Assembly (NCBI GenBank): GCA_964016885.1
Contig: OZ024742.1
Coordinates: 234,236,001-234,300,000, forward strand
Length of the DNA: 64,000 nucleotides
Reading direction: 5' to 3'
Origin: Eledone cirrhosa
Lineage: Eukaryota
The position numbers were made by a program, and so were the translations under genes. Under the pieces are notes generated by a model. The model made no database searches, had not been told where the DNA came from, and saw nothing but the letters and a program-made list of their open reading frames with translations. This document shows, one piece after another, positions 61,093-64,000 of this stretch (position 1 is its first letter; each line of letters starts with the position of its first letter).

Positions 61093-63536
61093 GTAAGTAA
61101 TGTTTTCTGTTGCATATATCTAAAACTATAGATGGTGAAGTGGCAGCGTAGTTAGAACATCAGATAGAATGCTTTGTGGTATTTATTTGTGCACTCTGTG
61201 CTCTAAGTTCAAATACCACAGAGATTAACTTTACCTTTCATCCTTTGAGGTTGATAAAAAAATTACCATTCCAGTACAGGGGTTAATTCTTACTCTGTCT
61301 CTTTCTCACTTCTTTCTCTCTCTTTCTCTGGAAGAAATCGGTTATGTTCAGACTTAGAGAGGGAATGGGCTTTGCCAGATATAAAGTGCCCAAGACAAGG
61401 CATCCCTCTTACCGTACAAGGAGTTATAGGTCCATATGTACATATATATCTAAAACTAACAAGTGTTGATTATTGGTATTTAGTTGTTACATTTGGCACA
61501 ATTTTAATTTTTTTTACTGTTTAGTCAGGAATCATTTTAGTGACTGAGAAATTAGAGGAAGGGAGAACAGAAGATGTCTTCAAATCAGTGACTGTGGTGG
61601 TGTTAAAACAGATATTCTATTAAGGCTGCCACCTAACTAGGCTGCTGCAGGATTTGAACTCGTGACACAAAGAGCCAGAAAGATATCGCAAGGCATTTCA
61701 TGCCACACCACTCTAACAATTCTACCAAGCCACTGCTCTGAATTAGTATTGAGACTGATAGTGAGCTGAACTGACTGTTTTTATCTTGTTTTATAGTTAC
61801 AATTCCTTACTATTCTAAGATGCTATGGTTTATTTTGTTTTCAATATATTTAATAAAACAAATATATTGCACTTGGTCAAAAAAATATTATTTAACGTCC
61901 ACTTTCCCTGCTAGCAAGGGTTGCACATGACATCATAGACAAAGTCAGCTCTTATTCAAAGCCACAAACTTTTTAGACAAGTTCCTTCACTCTACAGAGT
62001 ATACCAGGTATATTTTATCAAGACACCAGCATTAGGGAAGTTGACATGTCTTTAACACAGTTAAAGTGTCTTCGTGATCATTTGAATGACAAGTTTCTAA
62101 GGCTGGATGCCCTTCCTGTCATCAACTACAGTCAGCTCAGTTCTGTGGCATCTTCATGAGGTTCAATTTCTTGAAGTCATTTTTCACAGACTCATCCATG
62201 TCTTCCTTGGTCTCCTCTTCATGTTACATCTAATTCAAGCGCTCGGCACCTTTTTATGAAAGAGTGAAGGACATTTACCTGATGTAACAAATGAGGTTTT
62301 AGAATGAATTAGATTTGTTACCAATATATATAATATATGTGTGTGTATGTGTATATATCATCATCATCATCATCATCATTCAACATCTATTTTCCACACT
62401 TGCATGGGTTAGACGAGTTGTTATATTATGAGACAAGTCCGGTCAAGAGACCATGTCATGTTCATACGGATCTGTATTTTGGCTTGGTTTTATGGCTGGA
62501 TGCCCTTTCTAACACCAACCACATTACAGTGTGGACTGAATGCTTTTTATCATGGCACTGAAACAACGATCTAACGAGATGGACTGGGTGCTTTTTCATC
62601 ATGTCACCAGCAAAAACCACCGTACAGTGTGTAGTGAGTGCTTTTTTGTGTCACCAGCACTACCATCTTACATATACCTTTACCTCCTTGTTGCTTCTTT
62701 GAATTTAGGAACCTCGCCGTAGTCCCACTCCAGAAAGGAAACGAGGGAACCATAAAGAAGATAAAAGTTATAGGAGCCCATCTCCACGAGGGAGAAGAAA
62801 TAGAAGTCGCTCTCCACACAGAAGGTACTGTATTTTTTTCTCATCATTTATTATCTATAGATTTTTTAGGATCAAAATATAATTGAACCCCTGACCATCT
62901 ATATATATAAAACTGTTGTTGTCTGTGTGTATGTGTGTCCTCATTTTTGCAAAGTCTATACAAATCCACATTTCTACCCGATTGACTTCAAACTTGCATT
63001 TATATATTCCTTGCGATCTAAAGATACTAACTGCAGCTTTTATTTTTCAATTTTCTGTTGTTAAAGGGGTATTAGGCGCCGGTTATCCATCTCCGTCGAG
63101 CCAGCCCTTATAATATATGTCTGCATAACGACATTTTGATGAACATGTCATTGCTGACGTATTATCTTCGTTTCATTCACACACATACACACACACATAT
63201 ATATACATATACACACGCATATATACACATATCATCATCATCATCATCATCACCGTTTTACGTCCGTTCTTCCACGCTAGCATGGGTTAGACGGGTTGTC
63301 CTGTTATGGGCAGTGTCTGGTCGGCTGACCATGCCTTGCTCATACAGGAACTGATCTGGCTTGATTTCTACAGCTGGATGCCCTTCCTAACACCAACCTC
63401 ATTTACAGTGAGTGCTGGGTGCTTTTTCGTGGCGCCTACACGTCCACTTTACAGTGTGGGCTGGGTGCTTTTTTGCCGTGGCACCTCCACGACCACCTTG
63501 CGGTGGGTGGGGGGGGGGGCATATTGTTTATATGCT

Positions 63537-64000
63537 TCAGCATGTACCCATGGGAGGTCGGGTACCCTGTATTACTGCGTGACGCCAGAAGTCACGGTCG
63601 TGTGTCATTGACTTTGAGAGGTGTAGTTGGGTAAGGTCGGCTTTTATCACCTCATCCCAAGTCATCTTGGGTCTCCCCACTCCGCGGTTTCCATCAACTT
63701 CTAGTGCTCTGCACCTTTTTATGCAGCTGTCATCCTTCATACGCATCACATGTCCATACCAGCGTAACCGCCTCTCCTGCACGCAGCATTTGATTCCTCT
63801 TATGCTCAGTCTCTCTCTCAATTCATTTATGCTTTGTCGTTCACGTATATTACTGTTACACATCCATCGGAGCATGCAGGCTTCGTTTCTCTCTAATCTA
63901 CGTAAGTCTTCCACCTTCAGCGCCCAGGTCTCACTACCATGCAACATCGCTGTTCGGATACACGCATCATACAGTCTGCCTTTCATTCTGAGGGAGAAGC
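63537..64000 (-). mobile_element. RTE LINE 3' end, relatively intact, continues beyond the window
   Basis: KGRLYDACIRTAMLHGSETW...RRLRWYGHVMR...GRPKMTW; same family as 1-2562. Confidence 0.9.

Overview
AT-rich, intron-containing animal DNA, most consistent with an octopus/coleoid cephalopod (intronless multi-finger C2H2 genes, dense tRNA-derived SINEs, RTE LINEs). Four host genes are supported: (1) a 7-exon PHF24/GINIP-like PHD + EF-hand-like gene (+, CDS 4762-30167, 349 aa as spliced here); (2) an 18-finger C2H2 gene (-, 32428-34059); (3) a divergently oriented 13-finger C2H2 gene (+, 49295-50626); (4) the first five coding exons of splicing factor PRPF38A (+, from 56233, running off the window). 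The rest is mostly transposon-derived: two closely similar CR1-like LINE copies, RTE, CRE-like and Tx1/L1-like fragments, three Gypsy remnants plus a probable solo LTR, a Tc3-like element, a piggyBac-like MITE, Helitron-like non-autonomous elements and many SINEs. I found no CRISPR array or prokaryotic system and cannot show that any system here is undescribed. The best leads are an in-frame G GGA AAC slippery site joining ORF1 to an AUG-less ORF2 in the CR1-like LINE, a PHD-like finger inside an RTE reverse transcriptase, SINE target duplications that all start with ATTA, two retroelements sharing one target site next to PRPF38A, and CGT/TGT switching at a DNA-contact position of the zinc fingers. 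All family assignments come from motif recognition by eye, and degenerate TE boundaries are approximate.
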